64,000 nucleotides of DNA from Candidatus Hydrothermales bacterium (GCA_039630575.1 JBCNUW010000008.1:1-64000), one strand, 5' to 3'; shown: positions 49,828 through 60,253, counted from the first letter of the stretch. The notes: generated from the sequence alone by a model not told the origin. Numbers and translations are program-made.

Positions 49828-51467
49828 AAACTTTTATGTTTATATTTTTCAATTTTTTTCTTTAGATTTTTATTTTTTGGTGAAAGTTTTAAAGCTTTTT
49901 CCCAATAATCTAAGGCTTTTTCCATCTCACTTAACTTAAAATAAAGATCCCCCAAATGCTCGATTATAACGGGATCATCAGGAACATTATCTGCTGCTTT
50001 CTTTAAATAAACATAGGCAGTATCATATTTACCCATCATATAGTATACCCAGCCCATTGAGTCAAGGTAATACCCATTTTCAGGTTCATACTTTAATGCC
50101 TTTTCTATAAGAATTTTTGCTGTGTCAAGTTTTAAACCTCTCTCTGCAAGCATGTAACCCCAATAGTTGTAAGCCTCTGAGAAAGTTGTATCGAGTTCAA
50201 TTGATTTTTTAAAAGCCTTTGAAGCTTTTTTGATATCATTTAAATCTGCGTATATAGCACCAGCTTCAAACCACTTTGTTGCATCAAGTGAATCGAGCTT
50301 CAAAGCCTTCTCGTAAAGGTAAATGGCTTTTTTCAATTTCCCCTTTCTTTTTTCGAGAAATCCACTAAGATAAAAATAAGAGGAGTTATTTTTATCCTTT
50401 ATTTCTCTTAGAACATTTTGAGCCTCAGTTAATTTTCCCTCTGTAATAAGTAAAAAGGCATAGTAAATAAAGTATTCAGAACTTTTTGGATTAATTTCAA
50501 TTGCCCTTTTTATATGATAAAAAGCCTTTTCCATTAACTTTTCCCTATAAAATATCCTTGATAAATAATAGTGTGCTAAATCGCTATTTGGATTAAATGT
50601 TAAAGCAAGGGAGAAAAACTTAATTCCTTCTTTAAGTTCATTTTTAATATATTTTAAAAAACCGTACTGTTCAATAAAATCAAGATCATAAAAATAATCT
50701 TCTATCTTATCTTTTAAGAGAGAATCAGCCAAATCGTATTCTCCAAGAGAAATTGCTAAATTTAAAACCTTTTTTAGTAAATTTTTGTTTTCACTTCCCA
50801 TATGACTGAGAAGTTTTCTATAAGTTTTTAAGGCTTCTTTTATATTATTTAATCCTTCATAGCAAATAGCCTTTTCTAACAAAATTTCTAAAGATGTTTC
50901 CTTTTTCTCTAGTGTTTCTATAATTTCAAGAGCACTCTTAAATTCTTTTTTAATTGATAAAGTTCTTACTTTATCTATAAGATATTTTCTTAAATTATTA
51001 GAATCTATTTTAATAAGTTCATCTAAAATAAAAAGTGCCTTATCAAACTCACCAATTGACTGGTACAAGGCAAAAGTTAAATATAAAAGATCCTTATCCT
51101 TTTTAAATTTATCTCTAAAAATTTTTTCAAATTTTTTAAAATTTCTGTAATCTCTTGTAAATATACATGCTGATAGAAAGGGATAAACCAATGTTGAATC
51201 AACTTCAAATTTTTTTTTGAAATCGAAGAAAACTTTTTTCAACTTACTATACTCTTTCATTTTATAAAGCAAAAATATATACTCTCTGTATAATTCCTTA
51301 TCTTTTTTAACTTTTAAAAGTTTTTCAAGATACTTTCTTGCATTAATAAGATTTTGTTCTTCGTTTGCCTTAGAATATAAAATGTAAAGAAATATTGGAT
51401 TTTCAATCTCTTTTCTATATAAAAAGCAAGCTGAATAAAAAATGAACAAAAGTATAAATAATTTCAT
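49824..51467 (-). CDS. Exported TPR (lipo)protein
   Basis: Signal/lipobox YSA-C; multiple TPRs incl. AYNYWGYMLA, YLDSMGWVYY, EHLGD. Confidence 0.85.
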   Translation of the reverse strand: MKLFILLFIFYSACFLYRKEIENPIFLYILYSKANEEQNLINARKYLEKLLKVKKDKELYREYIFLLYKMKEYSKLKKVFFDFKKKFEVDSTLVYPFLSACIFTRDYRNFKKFEKIFRDKFKKDKDLLYLTFALYQSIGEFDKALFILDELIKIDSNNLRKYLIDKVRTLSIKKEFKSALEIIETLEKKETSLEILLEKAICYEGLNNIKEALKTYRKLLSHMGSENKNLLKKVLNLAISLGEYDLADSLLKDKIEDYFYDLDFIEQYGFLKYIKNELKEGIKFFSLALTFNPNSDLAHYYLSRIFYREKLMEKAFYHIKRAIEINPKSSEYFIYYAFLLITEGKLTEAQNVLREIKDKNNSSYFYLSGFLEKRKGKLKKAIYLYEKALKLDSLDATKWFEAGAIYADLNDIKKASKAFKKSIELDTTFSEAYNYWGYMLAERGLKLDTAKILIEKALKYEPENGYYLDSMGWVYYMMGKYDTAYVYLKKAADNVPDDPVIIEHLGDLYFKLSEMEKALDYWEKALKLSPKNKNLKKKIEKYKHKSF

Positions 51468-51477
51468 TATATGAATT

Positions 51478-52266
51478 TTACTCTAATTCAATTATTAACT
51501 CCGCTCCACAATTTTCACAAAACCAAGAATCAGGAGAATTTCTGTGCCCACACTTTTTGCAGATAACCTCCCCCCTTTCCACTGTTTTACTCTCTTTACC
51601 AAGATCTTCAAGGAGCTTCTCATTAACGCTTACCTCTTCAAGCCCCTTTCCCTCACCTTCTTCTGTAACTTCTTCCAAAAGACCCTCTATCTCCATAAGC
51701 TCTTCTTCTACCTCAGTGCCAGCTTTTGCTTTTGTTTCATCACTTTTTTCTTCCATTTCTACAAGCTCTGTCAGTTCCTCAAATTCTGTCTCCTTTACCT
51801 CCTCTAAAGGTTTATAGGCTTTTTCAATAACTTCTTTTGGTTCACCTTTTTCTATCAAAGAGCGTAAATCATTTATTTCTCTGTCTATTTGGTTAAACTT
51901 TTCTTTTATCTTTTTAAGTTCAGCATTTTTCTCTTCAATTACTGATCTATAACTTAACTCATCATATTCTCCGATAGAATACCTCAGTTTAATCTCTTCA
52001 ATTTCGTCCTCTATTTTTATCTTACCTTTTTCGATCTCTTTCCTTGTGCTGTAAAGAGTTTCTAGGTATTCTTTTACAACGTCTTTTCTTTTTTCTAATT
52101 CTTGTTCAACTCTTTTTAATTTTTCCTGATATTCTAAAAAAACTTTCTTAAAAATATGGGGTTTTGTTTCCTTTTCCTTTTCTTTAAGCTTTAGCAGCTT
52201 TTCTTGGAACTCTTTTCGTTTTATTTCAAGTTTTTTAATTTCATCAATATTTATTTCTTTTTTCAT
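51478..52266 (-). CDS. Coiled-coil protein with acidic linker and C-terminal zinc ribbon
   Basis: Heptads, LRYSIGEYDE, CKKCG...FCENCG; SD AGGAGG. Confidence 0.75.
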   Translation of the reverse strand: MKKEINIDEIKKLEIKRKEFQEKLLKLKEKEKETKPHIFKKVFLEYQEKLKRVEQELEKRKDVVKEYLETLYSTRKEIEKGKIKIEDEIEEIKLRYSIGEYDELSYRSVIEEKNAELKKIKEKFNQIDREINDLRSLIEKGEPKEVIEKAYKPLEEVKETEFEELTELVEMEEKSDETKAKAGTEVEEELMEIEGLLEEVTEEGEGKGLEEVSVNEKLLEDLGKESKTVERGEVICKKCGHRNSPDSWFCENCGAELIIELE

Positions 52267-53014
52267 AATTCCTCCTTAGAATTTGTTTTATCTCTAATTC
52301 ATAATCGTAATTTACTCTTCTATTATAAAGTAAAGGTTCATAAATTTTCCATAGTATTTCTGGGGAAATTGTTCTTTTTCTTACTTGGGAAACTATTGTA
52401 TTGATTATAGATTGAATATCGAGTTCTTTTAATTTTGTTTCAGCCTTTTCTGAAAAGTCTACGGTAGGTGCTCCAAGTTCAAAAAGTGTAAGAAGGTTGT
52501 TAAGTTTTGTTAGTTTAGCTTCACTTTCTATCACGATATTTTGAATAGAAAATTCTTTTATATTTATACCCCTTACCTTTAACTCTTTTGAAAACCACCT
52601 AAGGGCTATATCATGGTCAACTTTTGGAAAATGAACATAAACTCCCTTTTCCAGTTCTCTTAAAACTTTATTTCTTTCAAAGGATCTTTTATCGCTAAAT
52701 ATGAATGCAAAAATATCTTTGGTATTTAAGTCAAAGAGTTCTCTTTTAAACCTTATGTCTTCTGAGCTGTAAATAATATTCATGTAGCTTTCCGTCTTGA
52801 AAAATGAAATATTTGCCTCTTCTTTTATGACCTCGTTCATGTTAAACTCTTTTCCAATATAAACTCTTTTTTTTGAAATATTGTTTATTTTCATTAACGA
52901 TTGAATTGCCTTTAAAACAAGAAAAAATTCATCAAAAGTAAAAAAGAAAAATTTATCATTTTTAAACTCGGCTATATTTTTTAAAAAAACTTGATAATCA
53001 GATAGAGAAAACAT
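52244..53014 (-). CDS. Hypothetical protein, possibly divergent DNA polymerase III delta (HolA-like)
   Basis: FFF..DEFF start, ISFF, WF.KELK.RGI.I pattern; weak. Confidence 0.4.
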   Translation of the reverse strand: MFSLSDYQVFLKNIAEFKNDKFFFFTFDEFFLVLKAIQSLMKINNISKKRVYIGKEFNMNEVIKEEANISFFKTESYMNIIYSSEDIRFKRELFDLNTKDIFAFIFSDKRSFERNKVLRELEKGVYVHFPKVDHDIALRWFSKELKVRGINIKEFSIQNIVIESEAKLTKLNNLLTLFELGAPTVDFSEKAETKLKELDIQSIINTIVSQVRKRTISPEILWKIYEPLLYNRRVNYDYELEIKQILRRNYEKRNKY

Positions 53015-53079
53015 AATATTTATTGTATTATATTTCAGGATTTTCTTACAATTTAAATTTTGGAAAAAGGAGGATCATT

Positions 53080-53253
53080 ATGGCCATAGACAAAGAACTA
53101 CTTGACATTATTGCTTGCCCAAAGTGTAAGGGGGATCTTATCTATCGAGAAGAAGAAAATGTGCTTCTCTGTTTGAACTGTAAGCTAAAGTATAAGATAG
53201 AGGATGATATTCCTGTTCTTATTGTTGAGGAAGCTATACCTTTTGAGGAATGA
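53080..53253 (+). CDS. Trm112/YcaR family protein
   Basis: LLDIIACPKCKGDL...C..C...Y.I.DDIPVL; ATG 53080 after AAGGAGG. Confidence 0.88.
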   Translation: MAIDKELLDIIACPKCKGDLIYREEENVLLCLNCKLKYKIEDDIPVLIVEEAIPFEE

Positions 53254-56200
53254 TTTTTGTTTTTTTAATTTTTCTTGAAATAAAGTTTTCTTATAAGTTT
53301 GATGTAAAGGCTGAGACACTAAAAAATTTAATAAGATTTAGAGGACAGAGAGTTTTTACCTTTGAAAAAGGTCTACCTGATTTACCTTCTTTCTTCATTC
53401 CTGTGGAAATTGATCCTAAATTTGATTATGACGTTAGTTATAAAATTTTGAAAAGTGAAATTATTAAAGGAGACTTTGATGTAGAAAGGGTACCAGAAGT
53501 AAAAGATGAGGGTCTTTCCTACTATGATATAAAGACGGATTTTAAAAAGCCTTTTCCTATAAATTTATTGATTAATCAGGGACTTTCCTTTTTAAGACTT
53601 AAACCTGTTCTTTCTATTATTTTTTTTCCAGTAGTAATAAATGAAGAAGGAATCAAAATCATCAAAGAAGTTGAGATAATATTAAAAGAAAAAGGTACAG
53701 GAAAGTTAAATTTTAAAGAGATTCAAGAAGATGAAAAATTTTCTTTCTTTTATAGTAGAAACTTAATCAAAAACACTGAAAAAGAGTTTTTACCCTTAAA
53801 TTTTAAAAAATTTTTTTTCTTTGATGATAAAGGTCTTTGGATAAAGATTACTGTTTACAAAAACGGTTTATATCTTTTAACCTATGAGGATGTTAAAAGG
53901 GTATTAAATATTGAGCCATCTCAGTTAGACATAAGGAGAATTGCTCTTTATAGAAGGTTAAAGGCTTTACCGCCATCGCCGGATTCTTCAGAAGTTGAAC
54001 CTGAAAAGGTTCCCCTTTTATTTATTGATAGGGGAATAGAAAATATTTTTGATCAAGCAGACAGTTTAATTTTTCCAGGTTTTACAGCTACAGGATATAG
54101 AATTGAAGATAAAGGTCCCTATTATTATTTTAATCCCTATACTGATTGCTCATTTTATTTTATTTCTTTTGAAGGAGATTCAGGTTTGTTTGTTAATTCA
54201 GTTGATGGTAGTCCTACTTTTGATTTTAAATCTAATGAGGGTATAAGGATAACAAGGCATGAGAAAAACATTGTGAATCTTGCAAAAGCGGGCTTAAGAT
54301 GGATAGGAGAAGCTATAAAAAATGATTCCTTTGTTTTTTATCTGTTAAATTTTAAAAATCCTTCATCAGAAACTGCTCTTATAAATTTTAATTTAATAAT
54401 TAGAGAAAGGGAAAATTTGAATCAACCGATTTACACATTGAACCTTTTCATGAACAAAGACCTAATTTATAGTAAAAATTACTTTTCCTCAAGTTATCCA
54501 TACGAGGATTTAATAAGATTTAAATACCCTTTAACCATTTATCCAGTTTTTAAATTAAATATACAGGGTTTTATAAATGTTGATTTCTTTGAAGTTATTT
54601 ATAGTTCAAAGCTTATAGATTTAAGTGACACTTTTAGTTTTTATCTTGATCCTTTGAAAACTAAAAATGTAGTTGTAAAGGGGAATTTTAAAAGAAAAGG
54701 TAAACTCTTTAAAATTTTGAGTACATCTTCATATTTTAATTTGGTTAACTTTTTTTATAGTGAAGATTCTCTCGTATTTAATCCAGGATTAGAAAGTGAT
54801 ACTTATCTGGTTATGTATTCAGAAAGTTTGATTCGACCTGAGATTGAGAGATTTTCTAAGAAAGAGCTCAGAAAGATAACTGGTGCTCATATGCTTATAA
54901 TTGGACCTAAGGAGTTTAAAAACGTTTTTTCCAATTTTATTGTTCACAGAAGAAATAACTTCTTTTTTGACACTTTAAAAGTTGAGAATCCCTCAATTCA
55001 ATATGTGGACATAAATGAGATATTTGATGAGTTTGGTTTTGGGGTTAGGGATCCGGTAGCCTTGAGAAATTATTTAAAATTTTCTTTTCTAAACTATAAC
55101 CCGCGTCCTATTTATGTTCTCCTTGCAGGTAAGGGAACCTATGATTATAAAAATTACGAATCTGGAGGTGGGATAAACCTTGTTCCACCATATGAATGGG
55201 GTTATGGTGTTGACATAAATAATCCACCCTTTACCTATGATAATTTTTTTGTCGAATTTGACGGTGGTGCTTTAGATCCAGATATGATAATTGGGAGAAT
55301 TCCAGCAAAAAATCTATCTGAGATTTATGAGTTTATAGATAGGACAATTCAATACGAAACAAAAGGAAAAGACAACACTTTCAAAGTAAGTGTTTTAGGA
55401 GTTGCAGACGATACGACAGGTTCGAGAGGTAGTTTTGATGGAATAAATCATACCTCTCAAGTTACAAGAGTCTTAGGTAGGTTACCCAATTATTTGGATA
55501 AGAATACCCTTTACATGATTGATTATCCTTATGTTCATGATAGGAAACCAGATGCTACACGAGATCTTCTGAGATACATTGAAAGGGGGATGGGTTTTAT
55601 ATTTTTCTTTATTCACGGAAATCCAAACCAATTAGCCCATGAAGAGCTTTTGAAAATTGATGATATTGATCTTTTTTATTATAACAAAAAGCCATCATTT
55701 GTCCTTCTTGGTTCATGTAAGACAATGAATTTTGATAGGCCTTCTGGAGCAATTGGAGAAAAGTGGTTAATTAAAAACGGTATAGGTGCTTTAGGTTCCA
55801 CTTATCTTACATTTCCAAGTGAAAACGAATTTGTTATTGATAACTTTTTCAGAAATCTTTTTTACAATAAATTAAAGAGTTTTGGTTCAGCTGTTTACTC
55901 AGCCATTCTTTTCAATATAGATTACGTTTTCCTTGGCGACCCCTCAACGTTTTTTAATACTCCCTCAAAAATTGATAATTTTCTCTATATACCAGATACA
56001 CTATATTATTCACACTTTTCTGATTCTCTTTTTAAATTTTTTTCAACTCTTGACTCAGTAAATGTTAAATTCAACGAGTATTCAGAGATAGCTGTTATGA
56101 AAATAGAAAGCTCAGCTAAAATTGAAAGTCTGCGTGTTCGAAATAATATTCTTTATCCACTTTTTAGAAAAGGTAATATTTTATTTAAGGGATTATCAGA

Positions 56201-56972
56201 AATAAAGAATTTAGAAGCAAGTTTTAAATTTAAAATTCCTTTTTTGAATTCAAAATTTTTGAGGATAACTGTTTTAAATCCAATTCCAAAAGTTGAAATT
56301 TGTGTTAAAGATTCAATTCCTACATCACTTTCAAAGGATGAAACAGTTGACTTTAATCCTCCTAAAATATACGTTTCAGTAAATGGAAAAGAATTAAAGG
56401 AAAATGATACATTACCTAAAGATTTTAACCTATCGATTTCTTTAGAAGATGAAAGTGGAATTAATATTGCAACCGATACTATAATTCTTCAAATAGGTTC
56501 TTTAAGAGAGCCACTGAACGATTATTTCTATTATAAACCTAAAAGTTTCAATGAGGGTTTTATTAGTTACAGAGTAAAAAATCTTTCTGTAGGAAAAAGT
56601 TATTTAAGTATATCAGCCTATGATCTTTTTCATAACAGAGCCTTTTTTACAAGAAATATCTTTATAGAAGAAGAGGACACACTTTACTTAAAAGTAAAAG
56701 ATGTGTTACCCTATCCTAATCCAGCTTCTGATTTTGTATATATAGGTTTTAGAAACAATAAGGTAGGTCTTTTTAAAGTTAAAATTTATACTATTAGGGG
56801 TATTAAAATTTTTGAAAGTCCTGAGGTTATATTCAATGAGGGATTCAATTCAATTAGGTTTAACATAGATAAAAGAATTTCTAATGGTCTTTACTTTTTT
56901 ATTTTAGAGGGAAAGGATTTAAAAACAGGCAAAAAAGTAAAGGAGAGGGGTAAGTTAATTGTATATAGGTAA
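53250..56972 (+). CDS. Peptidase C25 family, PorU-like T9SS sortase with C-terminal sorting domain
   Basis: C25 propeptide-like N-term, WIKI.V...GLY, IFDEFGFG..DPVALRNYL, YVLL.G...YDYKN, IGRIP, HG and SC dyad, LGDP, DESGIN, YPNP CTD. Confidence 0.8.
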   Translation: MIFVFLIFLEIKFSYKFDVKAETLKNLIRFRGQRVFTFEKGLPDLPSFFIPVEIDPKFDYDVSYKILKSEIIKGDFDVERVPEVKDEGLSYYDIKTDFKKPFPINLLINQGLSFLRLKPVLSIIFFPVVINEEGIKIIKEVEIILKEKGTGKLNFKEIQEDEKFSFFYSRNLIKNTEKEFLPLNFKKFFFFDDKGLWIKITVYKNGLYLLTYEDVKRVLNIEPSQLDIRRIALYRRLKALPPSPDSSEVEPEKVPLLFIDRGIENIFDQADSLIFPGFTATGYRIEDKGPYYYFNPYTDCSFYFISFEGDSGLFVNSVDGSPTFDFKSNEGIRITRHEKNIVNLAKAGLRWIGEAIKNDSFVFYLLNFKNPSSETALINFNLIIRERENLNQPIYTLNLFMNKDLIYSKNYFSSSYPYEDLIRFKYPLTIYPVFKLNIQGFINVDFFEVIYSSKLIDLSDTFSFYLDPLKTKNVVVKGNFKRKGKLFKILSTSSYFNLVNFFYSEDSLVFNPGLESDTYLVMYSESLIRPEIERFSKKELRKITGAHMLIIGPKEFKNVFSNFIVHRRNNFFFDTLKVENPSIQYVDINEIFDEFGFGVRDPVALRNYLKFSFLNYNPRPIYVLLAGKGTYDYKNYESGGGINLVPPYEWGYGVDINNPPFTYDNFFVEFDGGALDPDMIIGRIPAKNLSEIYEFIDRTIQYETKGKDNTFKVSVLGVADDTTGSRGSFDGINHTSQVTRVLGRLPNYLDKNTLYMIDYPYVHDRKPDATRDLLRYIERGMGFIFFFIHGNPNQLAHEELLKIDDIDLFYYNKKPSFVLLGSCKTMNFDRPSGAIGEKWLIKNGIGALGSTYLTFPSENEFVIDNFFRNLFYNKLKSFGSAVYSAILFNIDYVFLGDPSTFFNTPSKIDNFLYIPDTLYYSHFSDSLFKFFSTLDSVNVKFNEYSEIAVMKIESSAKIESLRVRNNILYPLFRKGNILFKGLSEIKNLEASFKFKIPFLNSKFLRITVLNPIPKVEICVKDSIPTSLSKDETVDFNPPKIYVSVNGKELKENDTLPKDFNLSISLEDESGINIATDTIILQIGSLREPLNDYFYYKPKSFNEGFISYRVKNLSVGKSYLSISAYDLFHNRAFFTRNIFIEEEDTLYLKVKDVLPYPNPASDFVYIGFRNNKVGLFKVKIYTIRGIKIFESPEVIFNEGFNSIRFNIDKRISNGLYFFILEGKDLKTGKKVKERGKLIVYR

Positions 56973-57189
56973 ACTTTTGAAAATTCTTCTTTTGATTTTT
57001 ACTATATTAATACCTTTTAGATTACCAGAGAGAATTTCTTATACTGAAAAAGTTATTACAGTAAAAATACTTAGGAAAAGAAAAGGAAATTCACAGTTGA
57101 AATTTCTCTTCACAGAAAGGGAAACTTTTGTTATAGTAGAAAATATAGGCTTTGAGAAAAATCTTTTGGGAGAAATAAATTTAAATTGA
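56959..57189 (+). CDS. Small hypothetical protein (uncertain)
   Basis: Fills the gap between porU-like and nuoI; hydrophobic N-terminus; TTG start. Confidence 0.3.
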   Translation: MYIGKLLKILLLIFTILIPFRLPERISYTEKVITVKILRKRKGNSQLKFLFTERETFVIVENIGFEKNLLGEINLN

Positions 57190-57225
57190 ATGGGAAAGTT
57201 AAAAAAATTTTTCTTATAATAAAGA

Positions 57226-57729
57226 ATGTTAAATGCCCTTTTGTTGACCCTTAAATATTTCTTTAAAAGGAAGGTAACAGTTGCATATCCTGAAAGAAGA
57301 AAGAATCTCTTTTTTAGGACAAGATGGGTTCATAGACTTCAGAGGTGGGAGAATGGTCTTGAGAGATGTATTGGTTGTATGCTCTGTGCAGGTGCTTGTC
57401 CTACAGATGCAATCTATATTGAGGCTGATGAGAATGATCCAGAAAATCCTGTTTCCCACTCTGAAAGGTATGCTAAGGTTTATGAAATAGATTATGGAAG
57501 GTGTATACTTTGTGGTTTTTGTATTGAGGCTTGTCCAACTGAGGCTCTTGTAATGGATAAGTTTTATGAACTTGCAGGTTATTCAAGAAGAGAAATAGTT
57601 CTAACAAAGGATAGGTTACTCGATCTTCCCCAGAGTCTATCAAAGCGAGCTTGGCTTTCTTTTGAAAGAAAGGGAGATCCTAAAGGAACACCTATAATAA
57701 TTCCTAAAGAGGAAACTCCCTTTGTATGA
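57226..57729 (+). CDS. nuoI: NADH-quinone oxidoreductase subunit I
   Basis: VT..YPE, ERCIGCMLCAGACP, IDYGRCILCGFCIEACPT. Confidence 0.93.
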   Translation: MLNALLLTLKYFFKRKVTVAYPERRKNLFFRTRWVHRLQRWENGLERCIGCMLCAGACPTDAIYIEADENDPENPVSHSERYAKVYEIDYGRCILCGFCIEACPTEALVMDKFYELAGYSRREIVLTKDRLLDLPQSLSKRAWLSFERKGDPKGTPIIIPKEETPFV

Positions 57730-58175
57730 AGATTTTATTTCTTTTAATGCCGATTACAGCTTTTTTGATTCTCATTTCAAGGAAATATACCCATCTGCTT
57801 TTCTTTTTTTTCTTAAATATACTTGTAACTTCCATTTTATACTTTTTTTTAAAGCTTAATTTTTTTGGACTTGTAGTGCTTTTACTTTATCTTGGTTCAA
57901 TTCTTGTTATTTTTGTATTTCTTTTACCTCTTTTGAGAATAAAGGAAGAAATTAAGGAGAGGAAATTTAAGGTTATTTTATATCTTCTTTTAACTTACCT
58001 TTTAATATTTCTTTCATTAAATCTTTCATCGCTTTTTGAGAAAAATGACGCCTATTTTGAAGTTAAAAAATTTAGTGAGATAGTTATAAAAGATTATTTA
58101 GGTTTTGAACTTGTATCAATTTTGCTTCTTGTTGCAATTGTAGGCTCATATATTTTAATTAAGGATGAACATTGA
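57726..58175 (+). CDS. nuoJ: NADH-quinone oxidoreductase subunit J (divergent)
   Basis: LLYLGSILVIFVF, FELVSILLLVAIVGS; position. Confidence 0.75.
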   Translation: MKILFLLMPITAFLILISRKYTHLLFFFFLNILVTSILYFFLKLNFFGLVVLLLYLGSILVIFVFLLPLLRIKEEIKERKFKVILYLLLTYLLIFLSLNLSSLFEKNDAYFEVKKFSEIVIKDYLGFELVSILLLVAIVGSYILIKDEH

Positions 58176-58437
58176 AATTTTTTCGATAATTCTTACTTTT
58201 TTTCTTTCTTTACTAATAATTTTATTTAAAAGAAGTTTTGTTTATTTTTTAGTTGCTATAGAAATAGCTTTTAACTCACTTTTAATTCTTTTTGCTATTA
58301 ATATAAAAGAAAAAGGATTTGAGTTTTCTACATTTTTTATTTATATACTTGCTGTAGTTGCGGCAGAAACAGCTATAGGTCTTTCTATACTTTTGATATT
58401 AACCAAGGGAAGAGAAAGTGATAACTATGACATCTGA
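58165..58437 (+). CDS. nuoK: NADH-quinone oxidoreductase subunit K
   Basis: IEIAFN and AAETAIGL conserved Glu motifs. Confidence 0.8.
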   Translation: MNIEIFSIILTFFLSLLIILFKRSFVYFLVAIEIAFNSLLILFAINIKEKGFEFSTFFIYILAVVAAETAIGLSILLILTKGRESDNYDI

Positions 58438-60217
58438 ATTTAAGCTTTTGGCTATAATACTTCTCCCCCTTTTTGGTTCTGTAATTCAAGCAGTTTTGGG
58501 ATTAAAAGACTCAAAAAAGGCTGGTTTTTTAGCTACTATTTTTGTTTTTCTTTCTTTCCTACTTCACTTTTCTTTAACTGATGTAGAGAGAAAAGAGTTT
58601 ATTTATATTCCCTTTATTATTTTTTCAGATATTGAAGTTTATTTCTCTTTAACTTTTGACAGAATAAGTTTTCTTATGGGTTTAATGGTAACTTTTGTTT
58701 CTTCTTTGATTCACCTTTATTCATCGGGTTATATGGAAAAAGATGATTCACCCTACAGGTATTTTGCCTTTTTGAATCTTTTTGTATTCTTTATGTTGGT
58801 TATTGTTTATTCGGGGAATTTTCTTATGATGTTTATAGGTTGGGAAGGTGTTGGTGTTTGTTCTTATTTGTTAATTTCATATGAGTCATGGAGGGATGAT
58901 GCAGCGAGGGCAGGAACTAAAGCCTTTTTACTTACAAGACTTGCCGATTTTGGTTTTATATTATTTCTTTTGATTTATTATAAAATTTTTAAAACATTTG
59001 ATATTGCACATTTAAAGAATGCAGTGAAGGATCCCTTATTACCCTATCTTTTGTTTTTTGCAATTGTTGCAGCTTGTGGTAAATCAGCTCAGTTTCCCTT
59101 TTATGTATGGTTACCTGATGCGATGGAAGGCCCAACACCTGTTTCAGCGCTTATTCATGCAGCAACTATGGTAACTGCTGGTGTATGGCTTTTTATAAGA
59201 GTTTTTCCTCTATTTAGTCTTTATCCTGATATTTTAAATATTATAATTTTTATTTCTGTGATAAGTTTTCTTCTATCTGGTCTTATTGCATGTTTTGAGA
59301 AAGATCTTAAAAAAATTTTAGCCTATTCTACTATATCACAGATTGGCTATATGTTTTTTGGAATTGGGATAGGTTATAAGTTTCTTGCTTTTTTGCATCT
59401 TTTGACTCATGCTTTCTTTAAGGCACTTTTGTTTTTATCCTCTGGTAATGTTATGCATCTTATACATAAAAAAATAGATATATATAAAACAAGAGGGATA
59501 AGAAAAGTTCATTCTTTTACTTCTTATAGTTTTTTAGTTGGGGCTTTAGCTTTAATTGGTTTTCCATTGACAGGTGGTTTCATAAGTAAAGAACTTCTTA
59601 TAAATGCATCTTTTGATAATCTTTATTTGTTTTCACTTGCTTGCCTTGGTGCCTTTATAACCTCCTTTTATATAATAAGAGCCTATGCTTTAACCTTTGA
59701 GGGAAATGCAGAAAAAAAGGAATACGGAAAAATTGACCCTGTTATGAATATTTCTCTTTTGATCCTGTCTTTTTTTGTAATTTTAACCGGTTTACCTTTA
59801 TTTGAAGAATTTTATTTTGATATTTTAGAAAGTAAAGTACATGTTAAAAATCCTATTATCTATCAATTTTTCCCTTTATTTCTATCAGTATTGGGTGGTT
59901 ATTTTTCTTTTCAGATATATTTGAAAAATATTAAGTATAGCCCAGAGAAATTTAAAAGGTTAGCAAGTTTATTAGGATCAGGGTTTTATTATGACTATCT
60001 TATCTCAAAGATTCTTTATGGTTCTCTTGTTTTGATTACTAACCAAATATCTAAACTTTTTGACCGAGGACTTATTGACATTCTTTTAGTAGAGGGGGCA
60101 GCAAAAATTACCTATTTAAAGGGAAAGTTAACATATAAACTTTTTGTAAGAAAACCATCCTTTTATATTACCCTTTTGATTTTTCTTTTTTTTCTCATTT
60201 TATTTTTATATTTTTAA
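58418..60217 (+). CDS. nuoL: NADH-quinone oxidoreductase subunit L
   Basis: GWEGVG, KSAQFP..WLPDAMEGPTPVSALIHAATMV, LAYSTISQ, HAFFKALLF; ATG 58427 alternative start. Confidence 0.93.
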   Translation: MITMTSEFKLLAIILLPLFGSVIQAVLGLKDSKKAGFLATIFVFLSFLLHFSLTDVERKEFIYIPFIIFSDIEVYFSLTFDRISFLMGLMVTFVSSLIHLYSSGYMEKDDSPYRYFAFLNLFVFFMLVIVYSGNFLMMFIGWEGVGVCSYLLISYESWRDDAARAGTKAFLLTRLADFGFILFLLIYYKIFKTFDIAHLKNAVKDPLLPYLLFFAIVAACGKSAQFPFYVWLPDAMEGPTPVSALIHAATMVTAGVWLFIRVFPLFSLYPDILNIIIFISVISFLLSGLIACFEKDLKKILAYSTISQIGYMFFGIGIGYKFLAFLHLLTHAFFKALLFLSSGNVMHLIHKKIDIYKTRGIRKVHSFTSYSFLVGALALIGFPLTGGFISKELLINASFDNLYLFSLACLGAFITSFYIIRAYALTFEGNAEKKEYGKIDPVMNISLLILSFFVILTGLPLFEEFYFDILESKVHVKNPIIYQFFPLFLSVLGGYFSFQIYLKNIKYSPEKFKRLASLLGSGFYYDYLISKILYGSLVLITNQISKLFDRGLIDILLVEGAAKITYLKGKLTYKLFVRKPSFYITLLIFLFFLILFLYF

Positions 60218-60218
60218 T

Positions 60219-60247
60219 TTGATTTTTTTAATCTTTAAATTTAAAAT
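60219..60247 (+). promoter_or_regulatory. sigma70 promoter TTGATT-N17-TAAAAT, 6 nt before ATG 60254 (leaderless)
   Basis: Hexamer match and spacing; no SD. Confidence 0.55.
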
Positions 60248-60253
60248 TTAAAT

